A DNA stretch of 63,995 nt, the filler included, from Bonamia ostreae (taxonomy: Eukaryota), in the NCBI GenBank assembly GCA_040357525.1. It is 16 parts of 16 records of this genome, joined end to end, with 100 filler letters (N's around TTAATTAATTAA, not from the genome) between each part and the next. Parts side by side here need not be neighbours in the genome. Positions count along the whole stretch, not along the records: positions 8,177 to 12,155 come from JBDODL010000383.1; positions 12,256 to 16,230 come from JBDODL010000384.1; positions 16,331 to 20,304 come from JBDODL010000385.1; positions 20,405 to 24,354 come from JBDODL010000386.1; 12 more parts are not named here. One strand, 5' to 3'. Positions 11,232 through 23,400 of this stretch are shown piece by piece. Made by a program: the position numbers and the translations under genes. A model generated the notes under the pieces. The model had not been told where the DNA came from. It searched no databases and saw only the letters and a program-made list of their open reading frames with translations. Position 1 is the stretch's first letter, and each line of letters opens with the position of its first letter.

Positions 11232-12117
11232 ATGAGCCGAAAACTTTTTTTATTCGATGTCGACGGAACTTTAACCGAGTCGAGATTGGTTTTATAAAAT
11301 TTGATAATTTAATTATCAAAAAATATATTTTTGATAAATTTATTTTTTGACAATAAATCAAAGAAAGTTGAAAAATGGATGCGCGAATTTTTAGAAAATT
11401 TGCGGAAAAAACACAAAATTGGTTTTGTCGGAGGATCTAATCTGGATAAGCAAAAAGAACAGCTTGGAAATGACAGTTTTATTACAAAAAATTTTATAAT
11501 CAAAAATTTTTTAATCAAAAATTTTATTACAAAAAATTAGTTTTAGCCCTTTTCGACTATTGTTTTTCGGAAAACGGATTAGTCGCTTATAAAGGCAAAA
11601 AACTGATAAACGAAACAAACCTCAAAAAATTCAAAAAACGAGCCGATCTCAACAAATTCGTTAGTTGGTGTCTAAATTACATCGCTGAACTTGACATTCC
11701 ATTAAAAACGTAATTTTTAACATTCCAGAAAATCAACTAATGACATTTGCATTAATAAATTCATTGCACATTTCAATAATATTTATGTGAGCTTTTGTAC
11801 AAAATCCGAAACTTTTTAAATTTAAAGAGGGACATTTGTAGAATTCAGAACCGGAATGATAAATGTTTGTCCCGTGGGAAGAGACTGCAGCCAAAAAGAG
11901 CGAATCGAATTTTTTGAGTACGACAAAAAACACAAAATTCGGGGAAAAATGGTCGCGGCAATGCGATCGAGATTTTCCGACCTCGATTTTAAGTTTAGCA
12001 TCGGTGGCCAAATTAGCATCGATTGTTTCCCGAACGGGTGGGACAAGACTTATTGTCTCCAGTTCGTCGAAAACGATTTTGACGACATTCATTTTTTCGG
12101 CGATAAAACTTTTATCG
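11232..12117 (+). CDS. PMM2: Phosphomannomutase, 3' partial
   Basis: '[11 protein letters not shown]', 'GFVGGSNL', 'FSENGL', '[19 protein letters not shown]', 'SIGGQISID', 'IHFFGDKT'. Confidence 0.95.
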
Positions 12118-12255
12118 TTAATTTGAAAATTTTAATCAAATTTTTTTTATAAAATNNNNNNNNNNNNNNNNNNNNNNNNNNNNNNNNNNNNNNNNNNNNT
12201 TAATTAATTAANNNNNNNNNNNNNNNNNNNNNNNNNNNNNNNNNNNNNNNNNNNN

Positions 12256-12990
12256 TGCTTCAGATTTTTCCTTTTTTTCGTCTGAACTCTTTGACGGTTC
12301 CTTTTCTTTTTCTGCTTCAGACTCTTCTTTTTCGTCCTTATTTGATTCTTTATTGCCGCTTTTATCTGAATCTCCTTTGAACCCTGACGATTCTTCGATT
12401 TGAATTTTTTTCTCGGTTTTAAAGGTTGCAATTAAATAGGTCAGCATTCCTATCAGAGCAAACACTGGCAGAGCAATTGAGCCATAGAAGAAAAATACCA
12501 AAGACATCGTGCTTTTGGGAAACGGGTACTTTTCTAACCAAAAAAAGTGGAAATAGACAGGCATGAGAGCGCCCGCCACAATAGCTAAAACGTAAATAAT
12601 AAGATCGAGAATCTTCGACAACTTCACATTGCCGATAAGAATTAAGTTGATTATAACAGCATATATATTCGCCAACAAGACAACAGCCGAAATTACAATA
12701 CCGCCATAAAGAACTGTTTGAAAAGCACTCAAATTGTCGATGCAAAATTGTGTAGTGCAAATAGATGACGATTTATCAAAAAAAGACTCTTTCACGTTAT
12801 CTTTTGTGCTAATATTCGTCATGTTTTGTCCAAAGAGACCAACATCTGCAGTAATTAGCGAATTTTCGAGTGGGTAGGGTCTAACCTTGGCTAAACCGTC
12901 GTACGTAAATGCAATAAAAACGATCAGAACAATGTTGAATGCGGAGCATAATGCCGCAGAAACAAGTGTTAATGTATTTTTATGAACCAT
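12256..12990 (-). CDS. Four-TM membrane protein (claudin/PMP22/amastin-like topology) with acidic tail
   Basis: Four hydrophobic segments; first loop has 'VGLFG' and two Cys; intronless. Confidence 0.6.
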
Positions 12991-13133
12991 TTAGGTTTGT
13001 TAGATTGTATTTGTTTTGTGAATCAATGTTTGACATAAAATTTTCGGTTTGAGCGTTGAAGTTAGTTTCGGTTAAAGGATTGATAGATCTTGAAATATAT
13101 CAATCGTATCTATTTATTTACCTGAATTTGTTT

Positions 13134-13169
13134 TTCAAACGTGCAATTTTTTAAAATTGCACGTTTGAA
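13134..13169. repeat. Perfect 17-bp inverted repeat with 2-nt loop
   Basis: ttcaaacgtgcaatttt-tt-aaaattgcacgtttgaa, intergenic. Confidence 0.9.
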
Positions 13170-13307
13170 TTTATTTTGCTAAATATATTTTAAATTCTAT
13201 TCTTCATTGTGTAATCAGAAGGTGCATAACTCAGATTTGACCAAAAATTTTAAAATTAAATTCCAGTTAAAAAATTTAATTCATCCAAATTTTTGTTATA
13301 AAATAAT

Positions 13308-13901
13308 TTATTGCAACTTTCTTTTATCGAATTCATAAATGTGTTCGTTATCCCTTTTCAACACTGCGTACACCAATTCAGTTTTCATTTTTAAAGACAC
13401 CACAACGACCTAATTTTAGGAATTGTTAATTTGCAAAATAGAAAATTTAACTTCCATTTCTATGTCAACAAATTCGCCACTTTCTGTTTTCAGTTTACCG
13501 GTGACCCACAAATGCACTTTACCTTTATCTGCTTCTGCGACTCTGTGTTTAAGACTGAGAGTTTTAGGTCTCTCTCCGAGCAGAGCTTCGACCTCGTCGT
13601 TTTCGAAGAGTTTTGTGATCGCGTCTTCCAATTTGATCCGCAAATGTATTCGAGCGAAAACGTAGAGGTTCACAAAAGACATAAAAGCGATTAATTTTAT
13701 TTGCTTTGCTCTGGTCATTCTGTAAGAAGACGGCAGGGACATGGAGACTGATGCTTCTCCAGGCAAAATTTTCCGCGGCCTCAATCTACTTGTAAAATTT
13801 GCTGTTTGTTTTAAAAGCTTGTTATCGGATTTTCTATTTTTTACTGCAATTTGCTTGACAAGATTAGAACTTTTTTGCAGATTTTTTAGTTTTTGGAGCA
13901 T
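13308..13901 (-). CDS. Hypothetical protein, possibly mitochondrial inner-membrane (Coa1/Tim21-like layout)
   Basis: Basic presequence-like N-terminus, one TM, then 'AITKLFENDEVEALLGE'; one intron near the 3' end. Family assignment is weak. Confidence 0.45.
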
Positions 13902-14024
13902 TTTTTACCAAAAAGGCTAAATTTTACAAATACAATTTTGCTGGAAAAAGATTTTATTAACGAAGAATCTATTGGTTGACGTAATCTGTAAAAATCGGTT
14001 TAAAATTTTTGCAAATTTAAAAAA

Positions 14025-15543
14025 TCAAATTTTCTTATTTATATCTTTGTTTAGTTTCAAAATCTGCTCATTGACTCTTTCACTCTTCCTCAAATCATTT
14101 TCTTTCTTTCTTTCCAGCAAAAACGGTGCAAAGTCTGTTTTGTACTCTTTTTCTAGACTTCCGATCAAATCGAAGAGCTTTCCCATGCCTTGGCCCGTCT
14201 TCGCAGACACGCCAACTTGTTTGATCTTTTCGTAGAATTCACTGAGCGCACTTCCCATCGACGATGTCAGCGTCGCCATGTAAGTGCTGTCTTCCAAAAG
14301 AGCTTCCTTTGTTTTTGGAATTGTCGTTAATCTCAAACTTCAAATAAATCGATGTCTTTCATCCATTTGATCGCCATTTCATGCGAATAGAGATCGATTT
14401 TGTTGAAAACGACTCTGTTTTATTGTTACCAGCACAAAACAGCAAAGGCAGATTGGTTTTGTAGAGGATGCTGCAAGCGTACATCATATTGGACATGAAG
14501 GTGACGGGCGATTTTGTTCTTGTCGAGTCTACGACGAACAAGATTGCCGTCGGGAAAGAGGTTGACAGTGATTCCGAAATCACTGCTCCCGAAGCTGACC
14601 ACGTGAACGCTTCCACTTGCCCCGGTGTGTCAATGAAAGCGTATCTATTGAACAAAAGTTTAGTGGTTGCTTTTTGTCTTATTGTTTTTGTTACAATAAG
14701 AATGCTTTTCAAGTTAATAAGATTGATCAAATCTCTCCACTTTACATTTTTGTTTATTGCGCGACGCTTTTTATTGGATTTGTCGCTTTGCTCAACTTTA
14801 CAACATTTTTACGAAGGGCGGTAGTGCAATGATGCCACCTACCGACGAAAGCTCTCACCAGCGCCTTGCTGGCGTCAAGGCACTTAAGTTAGTTGGCACA
14901 GAAAAAGTATTTGTGTCGGAACGCCTTGAATGCGCGAACTTTAAACTCGGAACGCAAAAGTGTACATTCAAGAGCGTGAACTTTTGAACTCAAGAAAGAC
15001 ATTGCGAATGGAAGGGTTAGTACTCAGCCGGGATTGACCACAATTCTCGGGGAGCCAACCATTCAAAACCATCCGACAATTTGAAATTACCGTTTTATTA
15101 AAATGGATGCTTTGATGCAAAATCCTCAAGAAAACTGGTGAGATTGCGCACGCTTGGAAATCAAGCGCAGAACTTGGTCAAATTTCGTCGCAAACAAATT
15201 CAACGACGTCAAAATGGCGCCGTTGGGACCGAGATCGAAATTTTGCATCACTTTTTGATAATTCACAGAGTCCCTTATGTCAATATCGGTTGCGTACGGC
15301 ACTCTATAAACGGCTGGATCAAGATTTATCATGTAAGCTTTTATCTTCGGTTTGTTAATTGTAAAGATTTTTATAAAAACCGATTTTTCGTTGCAATGAG
15401 CTTTAATTCTTTGCAATAACGTGGTTTTTCCAGAGCCCTTTAAAATGCAATAAAATAACAGCCATTCCGACCACAATACAGTTCATTGGAGTTTCCAAAA
15501 TTTCGAGTTCTTTAAACGCCTGGTTATCGGACTTTCTGTTCAT
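14025..15543 (-). CDS. GPN1: GPN-loop GTPase 1
   Basis: 'VVGMAGSGKTT', 'INLDPAV', 'DIRDSVNY', '[14 protein letters not shown]', '[16 protein letters not shown]', '[15 protein letters not shown]'; 5 introns including 14645-15135 (491 nt). Confidence 0.96.
14761..15080. ncRNA. Candidate structured ncRNA inside the GPN1 intron (telomerase RNA-like or RNase P/MRP-like; identity unresolved)
   Basis: GC-richer than neighbouring introns, at least 7 stems, a long-range helix 14914-14920/15072-15078, and minus-strand CUAACCCU at 15013-15020. Confidence 0.5.
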
Positions 15544-15739
15544 GAAAAATCACTATATCACAGAAACTTAAATGTAAAAAACAAACAGCAATTTTTCTCT
15601 GTTGAATAAATGTAAATCCGAAATTATATTAAAATGTGAATATTGTTTAAACACTTTCTTTCTTAAAAGTATTGATATAATGTTGAGACTAACCGGAATT
15701 GCGATTTTATATATAAAACATAACAACAAACAAACCAAA

Positions 15740-16230
15740 ATGAATTTTATAAAATTGGTGTTTTCATTCTTTTTCTCGATTGCAAGCATCTTCTTCATTG
15801 CGGCGTCCGTCATGAATCCCTATTTTTTCAAAATTGAATCTAATGGCACAAAATTCATCGCTGGAATACTCGGTTTCTCGCAGAAAATCAAAATCCAGTT
15901 CTCGGGATTTACCAAGTACGAAGGAAATTACCAATTCTGTCTCGATCATTGCGACAAAGTTTTTTTTTCGAATTCTAGTTGCAAAAAGGATGGCGCTACA
16001 CTTATTACATATTGTTGGCTTCTGCAATTTTGATGGCAATTTTTGCCATTCTCAGATTGTTCCTAGTCTGCAAAGATCTTAACGTTAAATGGCTCTTCCA
16101 AATAATCGCCCTTATTTCTTTTTTGTTGCTTCTTTGCACGGCGTTGCCACTCGAATTATTGGTCGTCAAAGGATTTCAGGGTGTTAAGTACTACCGAAGC
16201 GTAAATTACATTTCGGAGGGGATAGCGATT
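15740..16230 (+). CDS. Multi-TM membrane protein (claudin-like topology), 3' partial
   Basis: Hydrophobic N-terminal TM, loop 'IAGILG..FCLDHC', further TMs; frame shifts consistent with short introns. Confidence 0.5.
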
Positions 16231-16628
16231 NNNNNNNNNNNNNNNNNNNNNNNNNNNNNNNNNNNNNNNNNNNNTTAATTAATTAANNNNNNNNNNNNNN
16301 NNNNNNNNNNNNNNNNNNNNNNNNNNNNNNGTATTGGCCATTTCGAAACGCAATTTAATTTACAGTTTCATGAAACGCAATTTAATTGGTCAAGTTTCCA
16401 CAGAAACCAACTTTTTTCAAAGTCAACAACAAGAGCTATATTTTTATATGAAAGAGATTGCTTAACGCAATTGTCTTGTCAATGTCCCTATTGAGACATT
16501 GACGATATCAAGTCATAAAAATTAAATATCTCGCCGAGAAGATCAAGTCTGAGACACGTTCCTCAAACTTGATCTATTGCGATTTTCAAGTTTTTTCTTT
16601 CGTCTTTTTGCTTTTTAAAGCACTAAAT

Positions 16629-18487
16629 TTAATCATTTTCGTAGCAACGAAGCATGTGCAATCCGATGTCTTCGCTTCCGTCCACCGTTTGATTGCAATA
16701 AGGACATTCTTCGCCATTAAAATAAAACTCTGTCCCCTTGAAGGTCGCGCTTTTTCCTCCAAACCTTCGCTGCTCTCCTTCAAACTCTCACTGATCGCCT
16801 TGTCGATCATCATCTGTTCCACATCGTTATTCGAGTCCATCGCCGCGGGCGAATCTTCGCTGCGGGAAGACGGGCGCGCTTCGTTGCGAGGCGAGCACGG
16901 ATTGATCCCGTGCTCAGCCGCTCGATGATTCGTCATCGAATTGGTCGCCACCCGTTTTCCGCACAACTCGCATTGCTTGCTGCGCCCGCCACAATAAAGC
17001 TCGTGGTCCGCCAACTCTTCTTTCGATAATTTGAGGTTGCAGTGTTTGCAAGGCAACGACTCCAACGGACAATCCTATTTTTCAGGAAACGAACTTTCGT
17101 GTGGCCGATTTTCCCGATCGGTTCGTAATATTGGCCGCAAGCGCATTGCACCGCTTTGTGCTTCAACGCGAAGTGCTTCTGCAGATTTTTGGAGTGCAGC
17201 GGCGCCTTGCATCGCTCGCAATGCGTGTGCGTGTCTTTGGCTGAAGTAGCCATGACAGAGCTGCATTCGGGGCACCGCCAATTTACTCGTCTGCAGCGCA
17301 TTGCGTGCATCGCCAAATTAGCTTTGGCGATTTTGCGATCGCAGTAGTCGCAAGTTTTTTCGTAATTTTTTTTGTCCGACATTTTTTGACAATTTTCGCT
17401 TGTTTCTTGTTCCGCAGTGACAGCCAACTCGAATTTGAGGAAATCGCTTAAAGAGCTAACGCCGACGAACAGCCACTTCGAATCGTGTTCAGCGGAAGAA
17501 ACGGCGATGGTTTTGCGTTTTTCTTCAAAGTCGATGTTCTCCCAGTCGTTCTGGCAGTTGTCTGGCTAATTTAAGTTTGGCGAAAACGTTCAAAATGGTT
17601 TTCGAAATGTAGATGTCGCCGTCCCCGACGACGGAGACAAGTTCGAATTTTGCTTTGGTTCCGGCGCGGCAACGGTATTTGAAGAAGCATTTCTTGTTTT
17701 TTCTAACTTGTGATAAAAACTCCAATTCCTTCGAAACCGCTTCTTCGCCCGAATAGATCTCGACTGCTTCGTTCGGAGAGGATTTGAGCGGAGAGTCGAG
17801 TTCCACCTTCAGATCCGAATCCACGATGCAGCCGTACGATATGTAATCTGTCTCGGGAGCGACTTGGTCCACGAAGAAAGTATAAGCTTTTTGGCCCATT
17901 TTTATTAAAAATGTGTCGCCTTTGGTCAACACAGTGAATTTCCGTAAAGCGTTTTCCAAACTGTAAATTTGGAGAGCTCAAACATTGCTTTCGGGTCATC
18001 GAAGTTGTCGAAAAATTTTCCGGAAATCGGCTTCAATTTGACGTAGCTCAATTTTGCGACATTCTCGATCAGCGTGAAGCTCGCTGCGTCTCCGGGTTTG
18101 AGCAGCAGATTGTCCATCATCTTTTTAAACGTGAGACAGTCGAACCCATTGAGGGAGATAAGCACTGTTTTCCAAGGCCGAAAATTGGAGCACGCCGCAA
18201 TGCGAGATTTTGTTTTTCGCCTTATTGACGATTCGGAATATAACCGGGTTTGGCAGATTTCGGTGCGAGCCAATTCCGTGCACTAAATTGAATAAGGTCG
18301 AAAACTCAAATCGCGCAATAGTCCTTCCGGCAGAACGACTGAACATTTCGAGTTAAAAACTTTTGTCTCCTTCGTCAAAATTCTTGTTTTCGGAGTTAAA
18401 AATGGAAGGAAAAGACGGTAAAACAATCTCGTCGCTAATTATAAAAAATTGGTTCTAATTTTACTTTCCGAAAACGCGTGTTTCCAT
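16629..18487 (-). CDS. UFD1-domain protein fused to TRAF-type zinc fingers
   Basis: 'EGDKIVLP', 'SHCGVLQFSA..AYLPQWMMDNL', 'DDPKAMLENALRKFTVLTKGD', followed by multiple CX2C..HX3C fingers; several 20-30-nt introns. Confidence 0.85.
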
Positions 18488-18584
18488 TAAAGCGTGACTG
18501 TAAATTTTATATTGCGCTTGTATTGCGGATTTAGCAAAGCTAAAATTCTGCAAGAACTTAGCAGATTTTAGATAAAATTTTGGA

Positions 18585-20070
18585 ATGCTCCAGAAATTCG
18601 GAAAACGAATTTTGTGTTGTAAGCAAAAACGGTTGTTTTGCTCTACAATTCTCAACGGCACTTCTCGAACTTTCATTGACCAGCAATATATCAAATGGCG
18701 CAAGGACAGAACATCCGTTCAAAAATCATGGGATGGTTATTTCTCCGAGTTTGAAAGTTCTCCCGATTATAAAGCGAGTCAGACATTCGGTGAGTCAAAG
18801 TCCGAAATGGACAATTATCTAAAGATAGACAACATGGTTCAGCATTTCCGCTATTTCGGCCATAAAGTGGCCAAACTGGATCCGCTAAAACTTCAGAAAG
18901 ATGAAGAAATTAAGAAATTGGCTAATTTTGGTTAAATTGTAAAAATCTAAAAGATCTGAGTAAATTTGGACTAAACAATGTGAAAATACCATCGATGCTA
19001 AAGACGAGATCAAATTCGATATTGTTCAACAATGAAAGAATCCAAAACACGGATCAATTGAGAAGACATCTCAAACTGGTTTATTGCGATTCCGTCGGTT
19101 ACGAAACAGCTCACATTCAAAACGAAAGAGAAAGGGAATGGTTGTACAGAAAAATCGAATCTGGAATTTTTGTGGATTTTGAAAAAAATGATAAAATTGA
19201 GATCTTTGAAACTATCACAAGAAGTTGCAAATTTGAAGTTTTTTCTTCGAGCAATTAAAGCAAATTTTATTAATTTTGTAAATTTGTCAAAATATTTTAT
19301 TAATTTTATTAACTTTGTCAATATTTATTTTTCAAATTTTGTTATTTTTGTAAATTTGTCAAAATATTTTATTAATTTTGTAAATTTTGTCAATATTTAT
19401 TTTTCAAATTTTGTTATTTTTGTAAATTTGTCAAAATATTTTATTAATTTTGTAAATTTTGTCAATATTTATTTTTCAAATTTTGTTATTTTTGTAAATT
19501 TTATTTTAACTAAAAAAGAAATTTTTGAGCAAGAAATGGCCAGTACAGAAGCGATTTGGGCTAGAAGGATTGGAATCGATGATTCCGGGAATAAAAGCGG
19601 TTATCGAAACCTCTTCGAATCTCGGAGTCGAAAACTTTGTGCTCGGAATGCCGCATCGCGGACGACTAAATGTCCTCGTCAACGTCTTGGAAAAATCTCC
19701 AGAACAGATTTTCACCGAATTTAATGGCGGAAAAGCTTGGAAACGCTTGCATCGGATGCACAGCGGAGACGTGAAGTACCATTCCGGCCATTCTTGTGAT
19801 TTGTTGACCAATTTTGGAAAAAAAGTGCACATTTCTCTAGTTGCAAATCCGTCGCATCTAGAAGCTTGCAACACTGTTGTTTTAGGGAAAACTCGCGCGA
19901 AACAGGAGTTTGGCGGTGATGGGGATTTGGCGAAATCGATGGGATTTTTGATTCACGGAGACGCGGCGTTCTATGGCCAAGGCATCGTGTATGAAACTTT
20001 GATGATGAGTGGTTTCAAGGGGTATGAGACAGGGGGCGTGATGCACATTATTTGCAACAATCAAATCGGT
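18585..20070 (+). CDS. OGDH: 2-oxoglutarate dehydrogenase E1, 3' partial
   Basis: 'GHKVAKLDPL', 'KRFGLEGLES', 'GMPHRGRLNVL', 'GDVKYH', 'ANPSHLE', 'IHGDAAFYGQG', 'NNQIG'. Confidence 0.96.
19275..19503. repeat. 72-bp tandem repeat (~3 copies) inside an OGDH intron
   Basis: gtaaatttgtcaaaatatttt recurs at 19278, 19350 and 19422. Confidence 0.9.
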
Positions 20071-20404
20071 TATCAAATTTAATTTTAATGTTGATCGTTT
20101 GAATCAGTCAATAAAAAATTTGTCCAAATAAAATTTAAGAACAAAACCGCAAAAAAAAATCAAAATCCAAATCGCAAAAAAATATTTCAAAATAAAATTT
20201 TGTAAACAAAACCTCAAAAAAATTTAAAAATAATTATACAACAAAATATAAAAAAATTTATAATATAAAATTGATCGATATTAAAGGATATTCAACTGAT
20301 CATANNNNNNNNNNNNNNNNNNNNNNNNNNNNNNNNNNNNNNNNNNNNTTAATTAATTAANNNNNNNNNNNNNNNNNNNNNNNNNNNNNNNNNNNNNNNN
20401 NNNN

Positions 20405-23400
20405 ATTGAAAAATTAGCCATTTCATTAATGTCCAATTTTGGCAATTTGGAAGAAAAGGATTTGTAAATTCCAAAAAATTGATTTAATAAAATTGTTTTC
20501 AAATTTAAATTTGTTTTTTTCTTAAACAGTTTTTTTACTGCTTTCAATATATTTTCCATTTCGTTTTGTTTTAATATATTTTCCATTTTGTTTTGTTTTA
20601 ATTCGTTTGTTTTTCTCATTTTATTTTGTTGAACCAATTTGTTCAAAATATCAAAAATCGTCAAAATGATAAAAATGACGATTTCTTCATTAAAATTTTC
20701 AAATCGCGTCATTTTCGGCAAAATATTTTTAATCAAATAATCCAAATTTTCACCAAAATCATTAAAATTTAGCCTCGTCGCTCTATAAATCAAAAATCCA
20801 ATTTTTCGAAATACCGAACCAACTTCAAAATTTAAAGCTTGTAACGATAATTTGACAAATTGGCTAAATTTTACAGTCGAAAATTTTTGTTTATTTTCGC
20901 TCATCTCGACCAAGTTTTGGTCGAAAACAGAAAATGTTATTTGGAAGTAGTCCAAACAGAGCAGAAAATTTGTCTTTAGCGATTTTGACGTTTTTTCGGT
21001 AAAATTTTGATCGTCTTTCGACAAAAGCAAATTTGTCGTTCTTCGGTAATTGTTGAAAAAGCTAAATTTGTTCTTTTCTTCGCAAAATGTCAATGACAAC
21101 AAACAATTTCTTTTTATGTTTTCCGATGAACTGCAAAGCTTTAAATATTAAAATTCGCAAAATATAAAATTTTAATAATTATTAAAATAAAAAAACGATT
21201 TGATTGAAAAGTTTGAAAAGACGGTTTGAAAAAGTGATATTTTCTTTAAAGTTGTGATCGCTCATTTTGGCTTAATTTTAAAATAAAAACAAATTTGTTG
21301 GAAGCGACTTAAAAAATCAAAATTTGACAAAAATGTTCGAAAAATTTTTGCCGTTTTTTGTTTTTTGACTAATTTCGATACTATTTTTAAGCATTCGCTT
21401 TGTGTTCTTTTCGCAAAAAAAGTTATATTTTTTGGCTAAATTTTAATAAACAAAATCATATTTTTGGCTAAATTTTAATAAAATCTTTTTCGAACAATTT
21501 ATATTTTTGTCCAATTTTCAATTTTTTAATAAAAATTTAAAACTGTAACGGGAAATCTTTAATTTGAAGTAATTGGAAAACAGAAAAAGAAGAATTTAAA
21601 GAAGAAAGAGCGTTGTCTAAATTTGATTGGTTGCATTCAACTCCGAGCAACAAAAGACCAAATTTGGATAAATTTTGTCTAAAGATTTGCAAAATCAATT
21701 TTAGAAAAAATGGCTTTTCCGTCGACGATATCGCTCTCAAAAGAAAATTGTTTCTCTTCGATTCCGTTTTTGGGCAAATCAACTAATAATTAAAATTGAA
21801 AATTGCAAAATTGAAAAAATTAAAATTTAGTTTTTTTAGAAAACTTTGTAATGTTCAAAAATTCGATTTGGATTATAGCGACAAAGCAAAACAAGAATTT
21901 CGGTAGCAAGACGCAGTGTTTTTTTATTTTCAAATTTTTGGTTTCGTGTCAATATTGAAAATATCGGTGCAGTAAAGTTTCTAAAAAATTAAATTGATCA
22001 AAATAAAATTGGTTAAAATTGTAATAAATCGAAAATAAGAAACGGATTTCCAACAAAAAAATCTAAAAATTCATTTTTAAAATTTAGCCAATTTTCTGTT
22101 TTTAAAATCAAATCAATTTTCTTTCTTTCTTTAAATTTCACCATTTCTCTCAAAATTGCATTTTTAGTAATATTTAAACAATTTTCTTTAATTTTGAAAA
22201 TTTGATCGTCGATTTTGGAATTTCCAAAATTGACAAATTTTGCCAAAATTTTTACAAAAACTTCTTTTTTCGGCATTTTCACAAAAATTGAACATTTTTT
22301 GTCCAAATTTTCTTCGAAAATAGTTTTTACTGTTTTTAAAGCTGTTTTTATCTGTTTTAAAGTGTTTCTGACTTCGTTTTCGCCAAAGATTTCAAAATTG
22401 GTCATTTCGAAAATATGTTCAATAAAATCGGTAAAAAATTTTCCGAATTGTTTTAAGAATATTTTTATTTTTTCTTTTTTAGTGATAATTTTTAAATTTT
22501 AGCTTTTTGATTGCTAAAATTTAATTTTTAAATTAAGTTAAAAATAAATTTAAACCCCAAAAAATAAAATTTTTGTTAAAATTTTGATCATATTTTTGCA
22601 AAACGACTACGAAAATTTTGCAGAAAGAATTGAAAAGATTTTTGTGGTCCAGATTTTGCATATTTTGGAAGAACAAATCGTTTTCTGTTTTGTTCAAGTT
22701 TTCAATTATTTTTGTGGTTTTTATTATTTCCGATTGAATTTCAATAGCCAACTTTTTTGTACTTTCAATTTAATGACGATTTTTATTAAATTGTCAAAAA
22801 AAAATTTATTGTCTAAAAATTTTATCAACATTGTTTTTATTGACAAAAATTTTATTGTCTAAAAATTAATCTTTTTTCGCAATTTATCAAAATTGTTTTT
22901 TTTTCGGGAAAAACCTTAAAGAATCGTCGAACTTCAAAAACTCGTTCAAAGTGTAAAAAAGATCGAAAGAATCGATCTCTAATTTATCAGAATCGCCAAA
23001 TTTCAAATTATATTTCAATAATTTCAAATAACAGAAAATCTGATTTTCGTCATTTTCAGCCAAAATTTTGACCATTTTTTGATTATTAAATTGATCAAAT
23101 TTGTCGAATGGACTTAAATTTAGAAAATTTGTCGATATCGAATTTTTTCCGTAAAATTTTGCTTTTCTAAATTTTATCGATTTTTGCATAATTGCCTCAA
23201 AATTCTTTCTAATCAACTTTTGATTGATTTTATTATTTTCCACTGTTTTTGACGTTTTGTCGATTTTTATCAAACTTGATAACATTAACAAATATCCGCT
23301 TCCTAAATCTTTTCGAATTTTAGCATTCCCAAATTTTCCTTTTTCGGTAAAAATTTTTGATTCCAATAATAAAATTTTGTCCAAAAATGGCGATTTTAGC

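Noticed and set aside
14970-14980. GAGCGTGAA resembling U3 snoRNA box B
   Set aside because: No matching box A/A', downstream box C or terminal box D in the expected order.
14757-14987. 76-aa plus-strand ORF in the GPN1 intron as a nested protein gene
   Set aside because: Starts at TTG, has no recognisable motif, and the region is better explained by RNA structure; not fully excluded.
19170-19724. 184-aa ORF with FVNLSKYFINF repeats
   Set aside because: Translation of the 72-bp intronic tandem repeat in OGDH.
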